From: Elusimicrobiota bacterium
Lineage (GTDB): Bacteria; Elusimicrobiota; Elusimicrobia; UBA1565
NCBI GenBank assembly: GCA_043819795.1
Contig: JBDREN010000071.1
Coordinates: 1-64,000, forward strand
Direction: 5' to 3'
DNA: 64,000 nt
The position numbers and the translations under genes are program-made. Position 1 is the first letter of the stretch, and each line of letters begins with the position of its first letter. The notes beneath the pieces are model-generated. The model was given only the letters and a program-made list of their open reading frames with translations. It made no database searches and had not been told where the DNA came from. Of this stretch, positions 49,654 through 58,052 are shown piece after piece.

Positions 49654-50685
49654 CTAGAAAACGTAGCCGAGGCCGAACCGGTACGCCTCACCCAGGTCGC
49701 CCATCGGCTGGAACGCGAAGTCGAACGTGAACCTCTTGTGGATCATGCCCACCCCCAGCGTGAGACCGGTCAGGAATCCGAGCTCAGGCGCGGACAGCGA
49801 CTTGTAGCCGAGGCGCAGCGCGGCGGTCGACTCGTCCGCCACCGGGAAGGAGTACTCGATGCCGAGCTTGGCGAAAGGCGGTCCGTACCAGGGGACGGCC
49901 AGCTCGAACGCCGGAAGCAGCCGGCGCCGCTCCCACACAAGGTCGTAGGCCGCCCCGAAATCGGCCTCGCCCGGCAGGTCCTCGCGCTGGGTGATGAACT
50001 TCGGCTTGGACCCGACGTTGCGGAACGCGAAGCTGAAAGCCAGCTCGGGCAGGTCCATGTGCCGGAATAGGGCGCCTCCGTCGGCCGCGATCGCGCTGGC
50101 CGAGCGGTCGTGGATGGTCTCCTTGACGATCTTTAGCGCGGCGCCGAGCAGGAGGTTGCCGGTCCAAAGGTCCGGGCCGCGGTCGAGGGGACGCATGGTC
50201 CCGGGGTGCTGCCAGAGATCCTGGAAGAAGTGGCGGTCCCGGGCGATGTAGTCCTCCCCCACGCCGAAGCCGCGCGCGTACGCCAGCGTGTACGCCTCGC
50301 TGTGGGGGCGGAAGGTGCCGACGACCTGGTTGGCGTTCGTGACGAGGTCCAGCTTGTCCTGGTAGAAGAAAGTCGCCGAGAGGCCGACGGTCCCGCGCAG
50401 CAGGGGCACCGGATGCGCGTAGGCGATATGGTCGTGGTGGAAGTACCGGAGCATTTCGACGTGGGTGTAGGCGATCTCCGGCTCCCTCTGCTGCGCCAAG
50501 CCCGCCGGATTCCAGTAGATCGCGACCGGCCCTTCCGCGACGGGACCGAAGGCCTCGCCCATGGCGAGAGCGCGCGCTCCGGCGCCGATCCGCAGGAACT
50601 GCGCGGTGGAGCCGCCCGTGTTGCCGGTCCAGGCTCCGGCCGGGGCGGCCAGGGCGGCGATCATGGCGAGCGCCGGGAGCCTCAT
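49654..50685 (-). CDS. PorV/PorQ-like outer-membrane beta-barrel (copy 2)
   Basis: Close paralog of 30261-31325; ends GLGYVF; ATGA-coupled to the upstream giant gene. Confidence 0.85.
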   Translation of the reverse strand: MRLPALAMIAALAAPAGAWTGNTGGSTAQFLRIGAGARALAMGEAFGPVAEGPVAIYWNPAGLAQQREPEIAYTHVEMLRYFHHDHIAYAHPVPLLRGTVGLSATFFYQDKLDLVTNANQVVGTFRPHSEAYTLAYARGFGVGEDYIARDRHFFQDLWQHPGTMRPLDRGPDLWTGNLLLGAALKIVKETIHDRSASAIAADGGALFRHMDLPELAFSFAFRNVGSKPKFITQREDLPGEADFGAAYDLVWERRRLLPAFELAVPWYGPPFAKLGIEYSFPVADESTAALRLGYKSLSAPELGFLTGLTLGVGMIHKRFTFDFAFQPMGDLGEAYRFGLGYVF

Positions 50686-53600
50686 CGGATCACCACCACG
50701 CGCCTCACTATGCGCGAGCCCCCGTCCTTGATGACCGCCAGGTACGTGCCCGACGCGGCCCGGACGCCGTTGCCGCTTCTGCCGTCCCAGGTCAAGACGG
50801 TGTTGCCCGGGTCGTCGGCGCTCCAGAGCGCTTCGCCGAGGATGGTGAAGATCTCGACCCGCGAGCCCGCCGGCAGATTCGAGAACGTCAGCCAGGGGGC
50901 GTCGAAACGCGTGCCCGAGCCCGGCTCCCATGGCACGGGGAATATCTGGACGGCGTCCAGCGACGCGGCCGCGACCGAGAGGAACGGGGCGAAGAGCGAA
51001 AAGTGGTCGGTGAGGGCCGTGATCTTGCTGCCGCCGGTGTCCACCCGGCTGGGCAGGACGGTCCATTCTCCGGCGTCCTCGCGGTAGCGCGCGATGACCA
51101 GCCTCCGGGGGTCGGCGCTCGCGGGCAGCATGGCCGGGTCGTAGACCATCGTGATGGTGACCAATCCCTTGGGCTGCCTGCCCCCGGCCGAGATGTCGAT
51201 GCCCACGTCCGCGCCGAGGGGAGTGAGCCGGGCCTGGCTCGAGACCGGGGGCGGCAGCGAGAACCGCACTCCGGTGTCAATGGTGAGCGTGGTCCCCGCC
51301 GGCAGCGCGTTCGCGGGGACCTCCAGGCTCACGGAAACGATTTCCGGGTAGGCCGGGGCGACCGAGACGCTCATCGGCTCGGAGTTCGTCGGCACGGTCT
51401 CATCGGTCGCGGTCGCGTAGAACGTCGAGGTGGAGCCCAGGACGAGGTAGTTGGGATCATCGTCGAGGTTGAGCGAGCCGACCCGCACGTAGTACGTGCC
51501 GCCGGGCCTCAGCCCCCCGACGGAGAGGGAGCCGGCCGCTCCCGCGACGGATGCGGAGGAGACGGCGCCGCTGAAGTCGGCGGCCTGGAAAGCCTCGAGC
51601 ACGTAACCCTCGGCCGACGCGGACGGCGGGGACGCGGGAAGCGGCGTCCAGCGCGCGGTAATGCTGCTGAAAGTCACCGCGACGAAGGGGCCCGCGGCCG
51701 CTGTGGGGGCGTCGGCCAGCGTCGCGAGCGCCAAGGCCGAGGGGGGCGCTGTCGTCCCGCCGGAATGGTGGAGCGCCCGGACGCGCAGGTAGTAGCGGGT
51801 ATTGGGGCTCAGTCCCGAGACGGTCGCCGACAGGTTCCGTGTGACGCTCGAGGCGTTCACCGACGCGAAGGAAGGGTCGTCATCCGTCTCCACGAGATAG
51901 TCCGTATGCGGGGAGTTGCCGTTCGCCTCCCACCGCGCCGTTAGCGCGTCGGTGGCCAGGCCGTCGGCGGAGGGGGCCGAGGGGGCCACCGCGGGGGTGG
52001 CCGTGGCCACCGGGACGCTATAATACTCGTCGGTGACGGTGGAGAGCTTGACTCGGAAGTAGTAGGTGGTATTGGGCGTCAAGCCGGAGAAAGTCCCGCT
52101 TTCCTGGCCCGCGGACCCCGTGCGCAAGGACACGCCCGTCGTGAAGAACCGGTCCTGGGCGAGGGCGTGTACCGGGACCTCGGTCGGAGCCAGGAGCGTC
52201 CACCCGAGAGTCAGGGACGTCGGGTCGGCGGAGAGGAAGCTCACGTCCCGGGGAACCGGCACCTCCTTGACGGTGGAGGTGGAGGGAAGGTCGGTGAACG
52301 CGGTGTCGACGCCTTCCCGGTTGCGCGCCTTGACGCAGAAGTCGTAGCCGGTCTCGGGCGTCAGCCCGGTGAAGGCGAACGCCGTCCCTGTGATCCAGCC
52401 CGAGGCCGCGGCGTCGGAGGGAGTGCCGGTCTTATGCCTCTCGACGTAGTACTGCGTGTCGAGCGCGTTGCCGTTGGCCCCCCAATTGGCGACCACCGAG
52501 ACGTCGAAGACCGAGCTGGGCGCGGCGCTGGCCGGCTGGGCGGCCAGCGTGACCGCATCGGTCGGGACCGCCGTCGCCGTCTCGACCTGCGCGCTGTTGC
52601 GCGCCCGGACCCGGAAGTAGTAGCGGGTGTTGGACGCCAGCGAGGTGAAGGCATGGCTGGCGGCGGTGATCCAGCCGGACTGGTTGACGCCCTGGGTGAA
52701 GCCGGCGTCGGCCGCGCGTTCCGCCAGGAACAGCGTCCCGTCCGGGTTGTCCGCGGCGCTCCAATTGGCGGTGATGGAGGTCTCGGAGATCCCCGACGGG
52801 GACAGGCTCACCGGCGGGTTGGCCAGCGTCACCACGGGGGGCAGCTCGGACGCGGTGCTCTCGTTGTGCTCGGCGTCCCGCGCCTTCACGCGAAGATAAT
52901 AGGTCGTGTTGGCGTCGAGGTCGTAGAAGGTGTGGCTCGTGTCCATGATCCAGCCGGAGTCCGCGAGCCCGCCCGTGAAGGCGGCGTCCGTGGCCCGCTC
53001 GATGGAGTACTCGGTGCCCTCGGGGTTGCCGCCCCCGTCCCAGACGGCCATGATCGCCTCCGAGGCGATGCCCGGCGACCCGCCGCTGGAGGGGGGCGCG
53101 ACCGGCGTGCGGGCGCTGGGAAGGACCGTCGCGGAGGTCGCAACGGCGTCGACGTTCCTGGCTCTCACGCGGAAGTAGTAAGTCGTGTTCGGCGTGAGGC
53201 CGGTGAAGTTGTGGCCCAGGGCCGGGAACCAGCCCGCGCCGACGATGTTCCCGCCGAAGTCCTCCTCGGTCGAGCGCTCGACGTAGTAGAGCGTCTCCGG
53301 CGCGTTGCCGTTGGCCCCCCAGTTGGCGGTCGCGGCCGTCGGCCCGATCCCCGACGGCTCGGCGCCGGCCGGCGGCAGGGCCAGGGTCGCGGCGCTGGGC
53401 AGCGCAGTCCAGCCCGTCTCCTGGCCGGCCGGGTTGCGCGCCTTCACGCGGAAATAATAGCGCCTGTCGATGTCGAGCCCGCCGAAGGGGAGGCTCGTGC
53501 CCGTGATCCAGCCCGAGTCCGCCAGTCCCGCCATGAAGCTGGCGGCGGTCGTCCGCTCCACGAGGTATCGGGCCGCGGGCCCGTTGCCGCTGGACGTCCA

Positions 53601-56600
53601 GTTGGCCGTGATGCTCTCGCTCGTGACGTCCGACAGACCGGAGCTCCCCGGCGCCGCGGCGAGCGCCACCGTCTCGGGCAGAGCGGCGTCCTGCGTCTCG
53701 ACCCCGCCGTGGTTGCGCGCCCGGACGCGGAAGTGATAGGTGGTGGCCGGGGTCAGGCCGGTGAAGGTGTGCTGGGTCCCCGTCACCCAGCCCGAGTCCC
53801 CGGAGCCGGAGGTGAAGCCGGCGTCCAGGGCTTTCCACAACAGGGCCTGCGTGCCGGCCGGGTTCCCGTTGAGGCCCCACGCGACGGTGATGCTGCTCGA
53901 GTATACCCCGGCCGGCGGGGCGCTCGACGGCGTCTTGGCGAGCGTGGCCTGGGTCGGGAGCTCCACGAGGGACGTCTCGATGGCGGCGTGGTTCCTCGCC
54001 CGGACCCGGAAATAGTACGTGGTGTTGGGGTCGAGGCCGCTCGCGTCGAAGCTCGTCTCGGTCGTCCAGCCCGAGTCCGCTGCTCCGCCGGCGAAGCCGG
54101 CGTCGAGCGCGCGCTCGGAGATATACTGCGTGCCGGCCGGGTTGCCGGCGGCGGTCCATTCGGCGCGGATGGAGGTCACGGCGACGTCCGAGGCCGCCGC
54201 GGCCACGGGGGCGTTCGCCCAGGTGGGCATCGAGTGGACGTCGCTGTAGAAGACGTCGTTGGCCGTGGAGACCTTGATCTTGAAATAGTAGGTCGTGTTG
54301 GGCGACAGAGACCCGAAGGAGACGCTCTCCTGGCCGGCGGCGCCGGTCTGGGAGGCGATGGTCGTCGAGAAGTCCTCGGCCGCCGAGAACACGTAGAGCG
54401 GCGCCTCGGGGGGCGACAAGAGGCTCCATGTCGCGTCGAGCGAGGTCGGGCTCGCGGGGCTCAAGAGGATTCCCTGGGGCGGGAAGGTGGCCGCGAACGG
54501 CAGCGTCCTCGTGGACGTCAGGTTCGTGTAAGCGGTCTCGACCTCGGCGGCGTTGCGGGCCTTCACGCGCGTGTAGTAGAGCGTGTCGAGCGTGAGCCCG
54601 TGGAAGGGGTGGCTGCTCTTCGCGACCCAGCCGGAGTCCCGCGCCCCCGCGGTGAAGCCGCTGTTCTCGGCCAGCTCGACATAGAACTCGGTCCCGGCGG
54701 GGTTGCCGCCCATGCCCCAGACGGCGGTCAGCTGGGTGTCGGATACGAGAGTCGGCTCCGCGCCGGCCGGCGGCGCGGCGTACGTGAGCGCGGGGGGCAG
54801 CTCCGCGCCCTGCGTGGGGACATTGCCGTGGCTGAGGGCGGCCGCGCGGAAGTAGTAGGTGGTGTTCGGGGTCAGCCCCGTGAAGGTGGCGCTCGTCACG
54901 TCCACCCCGACCGCCGCGGTCTGCGTGGTGAAGCCCGCGTCCGTCGCCCGCTCCGCCAGGTAGAAGGTCCCGGCGGGGTTGCCGTTGGCGCCCCAGGTGG
55001 CGGCCACGGAGCCCGAGGAGATCCCGGTCGGCGCGGCGCTGGCCGGCATGCGGGCCAGCGTGACCGTCGCGGGCGACGATGTCGGCGTCGATTCCACCGA
55101 GTCGCCGTTGCGGGAGCGTACGCGCAGGTAGTAGGTGGTGTTGGGGCTTAGGCCCGAGAACGCGTGGCTCGTCGTGGAGTCCCAGGCGGAGTAGTCTTGG
55201 CCCGATGTGAAGCCCGCGTCGGCGGCCCGCTCGGCCCGGAACTCTGTCCCCGCCGGATTGCCCGCCGCGCCCCAGCTCACGGCGATGGCGTCCTCGGAGA
55301 CCGGGCCCACGGCCCCGGCGGCCGGCGCGTGGGAGAGCGTGTAAGTGGCCGGGAGGGAGACCGTACTCGTGTCGACCCCGATGTTCGGGTCGCGCGCTTT
55401 GACGCGGAAGAAGTAGCGCACGTTGGCCGCGAGCCCGCCGAAGGCGTGGGTGGCGGTGGTGATGAAGCCCGAATTGCCCACGCCCGATGTGAAGCCTGCG
55501 TCCATGGCCCGAACGACGAGGTACTGCGTCGAGGGGGGGTTTCCGTCGTCGCCCCAGGCCGTGGTGATGGAGTCGGCGGCGACGTGCGACGGCGACAAGG
55601 AGACGGGGGGGCCGAGGTCCAGCACCGTGATCGCGACCACCCTTTCGCCCGTAAGATAGCCGTCGGAGGCCGTGAAGGTCACGTTGTAGGTCGCCGCCTT
55701 CTGGCCGGAGGTCGGCGTCCAGGCGAAGGTCCGGCTCACCGAGTCGAAGTCGGCCCCGCTCGGAAGGCTCGAGGCCGAGTAGCCGGTGATGGGGTCGTCG
55801 TTTATGTCGTCGGCGCTCGAGACCAAAGTGATGGGCTCGCCCCACGGGATGGCGACCGCGGTGACCGGCGTCCCGTCCCTCTTCACGGTCACCGCCGGCG
55901 CGGAGTTGACGTTGATGTATATCTGGCCCGGGACCTTCATCTCGTTGTTGGTCTCGTCGAACTCGGCGATGTCGTCGTTGGGGTCCACCGCCACCTTGAA
56001 GGTGTAGTAGGCGGGAGGGATGTCGAGGGGCATGATCAGCACGCGCGTGTCGGTGGCGGCCACCCCGGAAGCGCGGGTGGCGCCGATATTGGCGTCGAGC
56101 AGGCGCCAAGCGCTGTCCTGGAAGATGTAGAAGCCCACGTCGAAGGTCGCGCTCGAGGTGCCGCGGTTCTCGATCGAGTACTCCAGTTGAACGCCCCCGT
56201 CGCCGCGGTCCACGATGTACTCATCCAGGTCGTCGGGCGGGGCGACTCCCTTGGTCACCCTGCGGACGACGGGGTAATCGTCCTGGGTGTGGGAGAACGC
56301 CCACGGCAGGATGGCCACGTCGTTGCCCGTGCTGCCCGCGGGGTAGAGGACGCGCATGGCGGCCATGTCGTCCGCGTGTATGTCGATCACATTGTTCGGG
56401 TCGTAACCGAACGGCCCACTGGCGCCCGGAATGGAGTAGAGCCCCATGATGCTTATCTTGTCTATGGGATGCTTGAGGCCGATGGCGTGGCCGAACTCGT
56501 GCGTTATGGTGGTCTTCAGGTTGAGGGGCGGCGCGTAGTCCGAGGCAAGGGCCAGACCGTACTCCCAGACCCTGTCGGTATCGATGAGGATGTCCGCGTC

Positions 56601-57071
56601 CGGGATCGTGCAAGGGGCCCTCTGCGTGTTCGAGGGAGGGTCCAGAAAGGTATAGATGCGCCATACGCGCGCAGCCGCCAGGGCGCCCTCGCCGATGATG
56701 TCGTCCACATCCCAGCTCACGCAGTTGACCTGATCATAGCCGTCGCGCGCGCACTCCCCGTTGGAATAGGTGGCGGAGAGGGCTGAGCCGGGGATGCCGT
56801 TCCACTCATTCAGCGCGGACTTCAGCGCCGCGTCTTCGGCGGAGCCGCTCGTGAAGTCAAGGGTGTTGATCGTCGCGGCGTATGTGCCGTTGTCCCGCTC
56901 GGCGTTGCATCCGAAGACCCCGCTGTCCACCCATCCTCCGTCGACCCAGTCCTCTCTGTTCGATTCGTAGAATTTGTATGCGGAGGCGTCTTGATGAGCC
57001 GCGCAGAGCAGCAGGCAGACGAGGCACGCGGCCCGGACCCAGTCTTCTCGCGGATGTGAAAGGCGGCTCAT
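50682..57071 (-). CDS. 2129-aa secreted metzincin (M10-like) + CARDB + Ig + ~15 Fn3-like repeats + ZU5-like + T9SS-like C-terminal domain
   Basis: HEFGHAIGLKH plus 'SIM' Met-turn; 'VDPNDDIAEFDETNN'; repeats 'W..xGNP.GT.Y..ERA.DAGF...L.PNTTYYFRV'; C-terminus 'IFPVPW...WDGR...ASGTYLAVI...VVVIR'. Confidence 0.88.
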   Translation of the reverse strand: MSRLSHPREDWVRAACLVCLLLCAAHQDASAYKFYESNREDWVDGGWVDSGVFGCNAERDNGTYAATINTLDFTSGSAEDAALKSALNEWNGIPGSALSATYSNGECARDGYDQVNCVSWDVDDIIGEGALAAARVWRIYTFLDPPSNTQRAPCTIPDADILIDTDRVWEYGLALASDYAPPLNLKTTITHEFGHAIGLKHPIDKISIMGLYSIPGASGPFGYDPNNVIDIHADDMAAMRVLYPAGSTGNDVAILPWAFSHTQDDYPVVRRVTKGVAPPDDLDEYIVDRGDGGVQLEYSIENRGTSSATFDVGFYIFQDSAWRLLDANIGATRASGVAATDTRVLIMPLDIPPAYYTFKVAVDPNDDIAEFDETNNEMKVPGQIYINVNSAPAVTVKRDGTPVTAVAIPWGEPITLVSSADDINDDPITGYSASSLPSGADFDSVSRTFAWTPTSGQKAATYNVTFTASDGYLTGERVVAITVLDLGPPVSLSPSHVAADSITTAWGDDGNPPSTQYLVVRAMDAGFTSGVGNSGFITTATHAFGGLAANVRYFFRVKARDPNIGVDTSTVSLPATYTLSHAPAAGAVGPVSEDAIAVSWGAAGNPAGTEFRAERAADAGFTSGQDYSAWDSTTSHAFSGLSPNTTYYLRVRSRNGDSVESTPTSSPATVTLARMPASAAPTGISSGSVAATWGANGNPAGTFYLAERATDAGFTTQTAAVGVDVTSATFTGLTPNTTYYFRAAALSHGNVPTQGAELPPALTYAAPPAGAEPTLVSDTQLTAVWGMGGNPAGTEFYVELAENSGFTAGARDSGWVAKSSHPFHGLTLDTLYYTRVKARNAAEVETAYTNLTSTRTLPFAATFPPQGILLSPASPTSLDATWSLLSPPEAPLYVFSAAEDFSTTIASQTGAAGQESVSFGSLSPNTTYYFKIKVSTANDVFYSDVHSMPTWANAPVAAAASDVAVTSIRAEWTAAGNPAGTQYISERALDAGFAGGAADSGWTTETSFDASGLDPNTTYYFRVRARNHAAIETSLVELPTQATLAKTPSSAPPAGVYSSSITVAWGLNGNPAGTQALLWKALDAGFTSGSGDSGWVTGTQHTFTGLTPATTYHFRVRARNHGGVETQDAALPETVALAAAPGSSGLSDVTSESITANWTSSGNGPAARYLVERTTAASFMAGLADSGWITGTSLPFGGLDIDRRYYFRVKARNPAGQETGWTALPSAATLALPPAGAEPSGIGPTAATANWGANGNAPETLYYVERSTEEDFGGNIVGAGWFPALGHNFTGLTPNTTYYFRVRARNVDAVATSATVLPSARTPVAPPSSGGSPGIASEAIMAVWDGGGNPEGTEYSIERATDAAFTGGLADSGWIMDTSHTFYDLDANTTYYLRVKARDAEHNESTASELPPVVTLANPPVSLSPSGISETSITANWSAADNPDGTLFLAERAADAGFTQGVNQSGWITAASHAFTSLASNTRYYFRVRARNSAQVETATAVPTDAVTLAAQPASAAPSSVFDVSVVANWGANGNALDTQYYVERHKTGTPSDAAASGWITGTAFAFTGLTPETGYDFCVKARNREGVDTAFTDLPSTSTVKEVPVPRDVSFLSADPTSLTLGWTLLAPTEVPVHALAQDRFFTTGVSLRTGSAGQESGTFSGLTPNTTYYFRVKLSTVTDEYYSVPVATATPAVAPSAPSADGLATDALTARWEANGNSPHTDYLVETDDDPSFASVNASSVTRNLSATVSGLSPNTRYYLRVRALHHSGGTTAPPSALALATLADAPTAAAGPFVAVTFSSITARWTPLPASPPSASAEGYVLEAFQAADFSGAVSSASVAGAAGSLSVGGLRPGGTYYVRVGSLNLDDDPNYLVLGSTSTFYATATDETVPTNSEPMSVSVAPAYPEIVSVSLEVPANALPAGTTLTIDTGVRFSLPPPVSSQARLTPLGADVGIDISAGGRQPKGLVTITMVYDPAMLPASADPRRLVIARYREDAGEWTVLPSRVDTGGSKITALTDHFSLFAPFLSVAAASLDAVQIFPVPWEPGSGTRFDAPWLTFSNLPAGSRVEIFTILGEALWSADDPGNTVLTWDGRSGNGVRAASGTYLAVIKDGGSRIVRRVVVIR

Positions 57072-57868
57072 CGCGGGGGCGCGAGGTCCCGGCGGGGGTC
57101 CGCGGAGCGCGCCGGTCTCGGCGTCTTGAGCCTGCCGTCGCGCCGCCGCCGCTCGACGCGCTCTCTCAGCTCGCGGATGAGGTCCTCGGCCGCTCGGCCG
57201 GGCCGGGCGCTAAGGGCCTGGGCCTTGGCCCGCCTCTGCGCCTCGATGCGCAGGCGCGCGGCCCTGGCCCTGGGGTCGCGTTCCACGCCCGGGCTGGCGC
57301 GCGCCGGAGACACCGCGCGCTCGGGTCTGGGACGGGCCGTCACGTCGTCGTCGAAGCCGAGCACTTCCGAGCCGCCCGGGCTCGTGAACATGAGATTAGT
57401 CCCCGTCTCGGTGTCCCGGATGACATGGAAGACCCCCTGTCCCATGCCCACGATCGGGACCATGCGCCTCAGGTTCCCTTCAACGAACAAGAGCACGCGC
57501 TGGTCCGCCTCGAAGCGCGGGCTTCCGATGACCTCCTCTGTGCCTAGGTCGGGTATGGTCCCGCCTGTCTGCCGGAGCGTGAAGGTCGTGGCGCCCGCCT
57601 CGAGGCTCCCCTTGAGGATGTCCAGGTCCGCGAACGTGACGAACGTGAATACGTCGGTCCGTTCAGGGGTCCAGCGGGTCTCGACGGACTCGACCGTGCC
57701 GACGAATACCAGATCCGCCGACTCGATCATGTGGTCCAGGCCGAGCTTGGCCAGGATCGTCCCCCACGCGGGGCTGGTCGTGAGGAGCAGAACGGCCGGC
57801 ATCACGAGCCGCAGCGGCCACAGGGCCTGGAGCGAGGTCCGGCGAGCGGAAGGAGCGGTTCTCATCAT
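57068..57868 (-). CDS. Exported protein resembling the TIMP/NTR-like domain found at metalloprotease N-termini; Arg-rich tail
   Basis: Signal ending SPAWG; 'ADLVFVGTV...LKG...GG...PRF...RVLLF...GQGVF'; ATGA-coupled to the metzincin gene. Confidence 0.6.
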   Translation of the reverse strand: MMRTAPSARRTSLQALWPLRLVMPAVLLLTTSPAWGTILAKLGLDHMIESADLVFVGTVESVETRWTPERTDVFTFVTFADLDILKGSLEAGATTFTLRQTGGTIPDLGTEEVIGSPRFEADQRVLLFVEGNLRRMVPIVGMGQGVFHVIRDTETGTNLMFTSPGGSEVLGFDDDVTARPRPERAVSPARASPGVERDPRARAARLRIEAQRRAKAQALSARPGRAAEDLIRELRERVERRRRDGRLKTPRPARSADPRRDLAPPR

Positions 57869-57940
57869 ACGCGCGTGGGCGCGAACGTATATATTCAAGT
57901 TTGGCTCTGGAAGCGTTAAATTTCAAGTCCCCGGTTGTTG

Positions 57941-57973
57941 CATGTCGGCGCCCCCCGCGGGGGGGCCGCCGAC
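57941..57973. repeat. Single REP-like palindrome (same family as 48334 and 18284)
   Basis: CATGTCGGCGCCCCCC-GCG-GGGGGGCCGCCGAC. Confidence 0.8.
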
Positions 57974-58052
57974 TTGGCCATGGCGTTCCGCATTTAGATT
58001 TGGCAAAGTGTAGCGGAGACGCGTCACGAACGCCGCGGCGCGGCATGAGCCC

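Noticed and set aside
30261..51700. Diversity-generating retroelement (similar CTD/PorV copies as template and variable repeats)
   Set aside because: No reverse transcriptase in the window, and the differences are not adenine-specific; ordinary paralogy.
52167..56109. 994-aa (+) and 1225-aa (-) ORFs
   Set aside because: Antisense and off-frame shadows of the 2129-aa gene; Arg/Gly/Pro-rich sequence without motifs.
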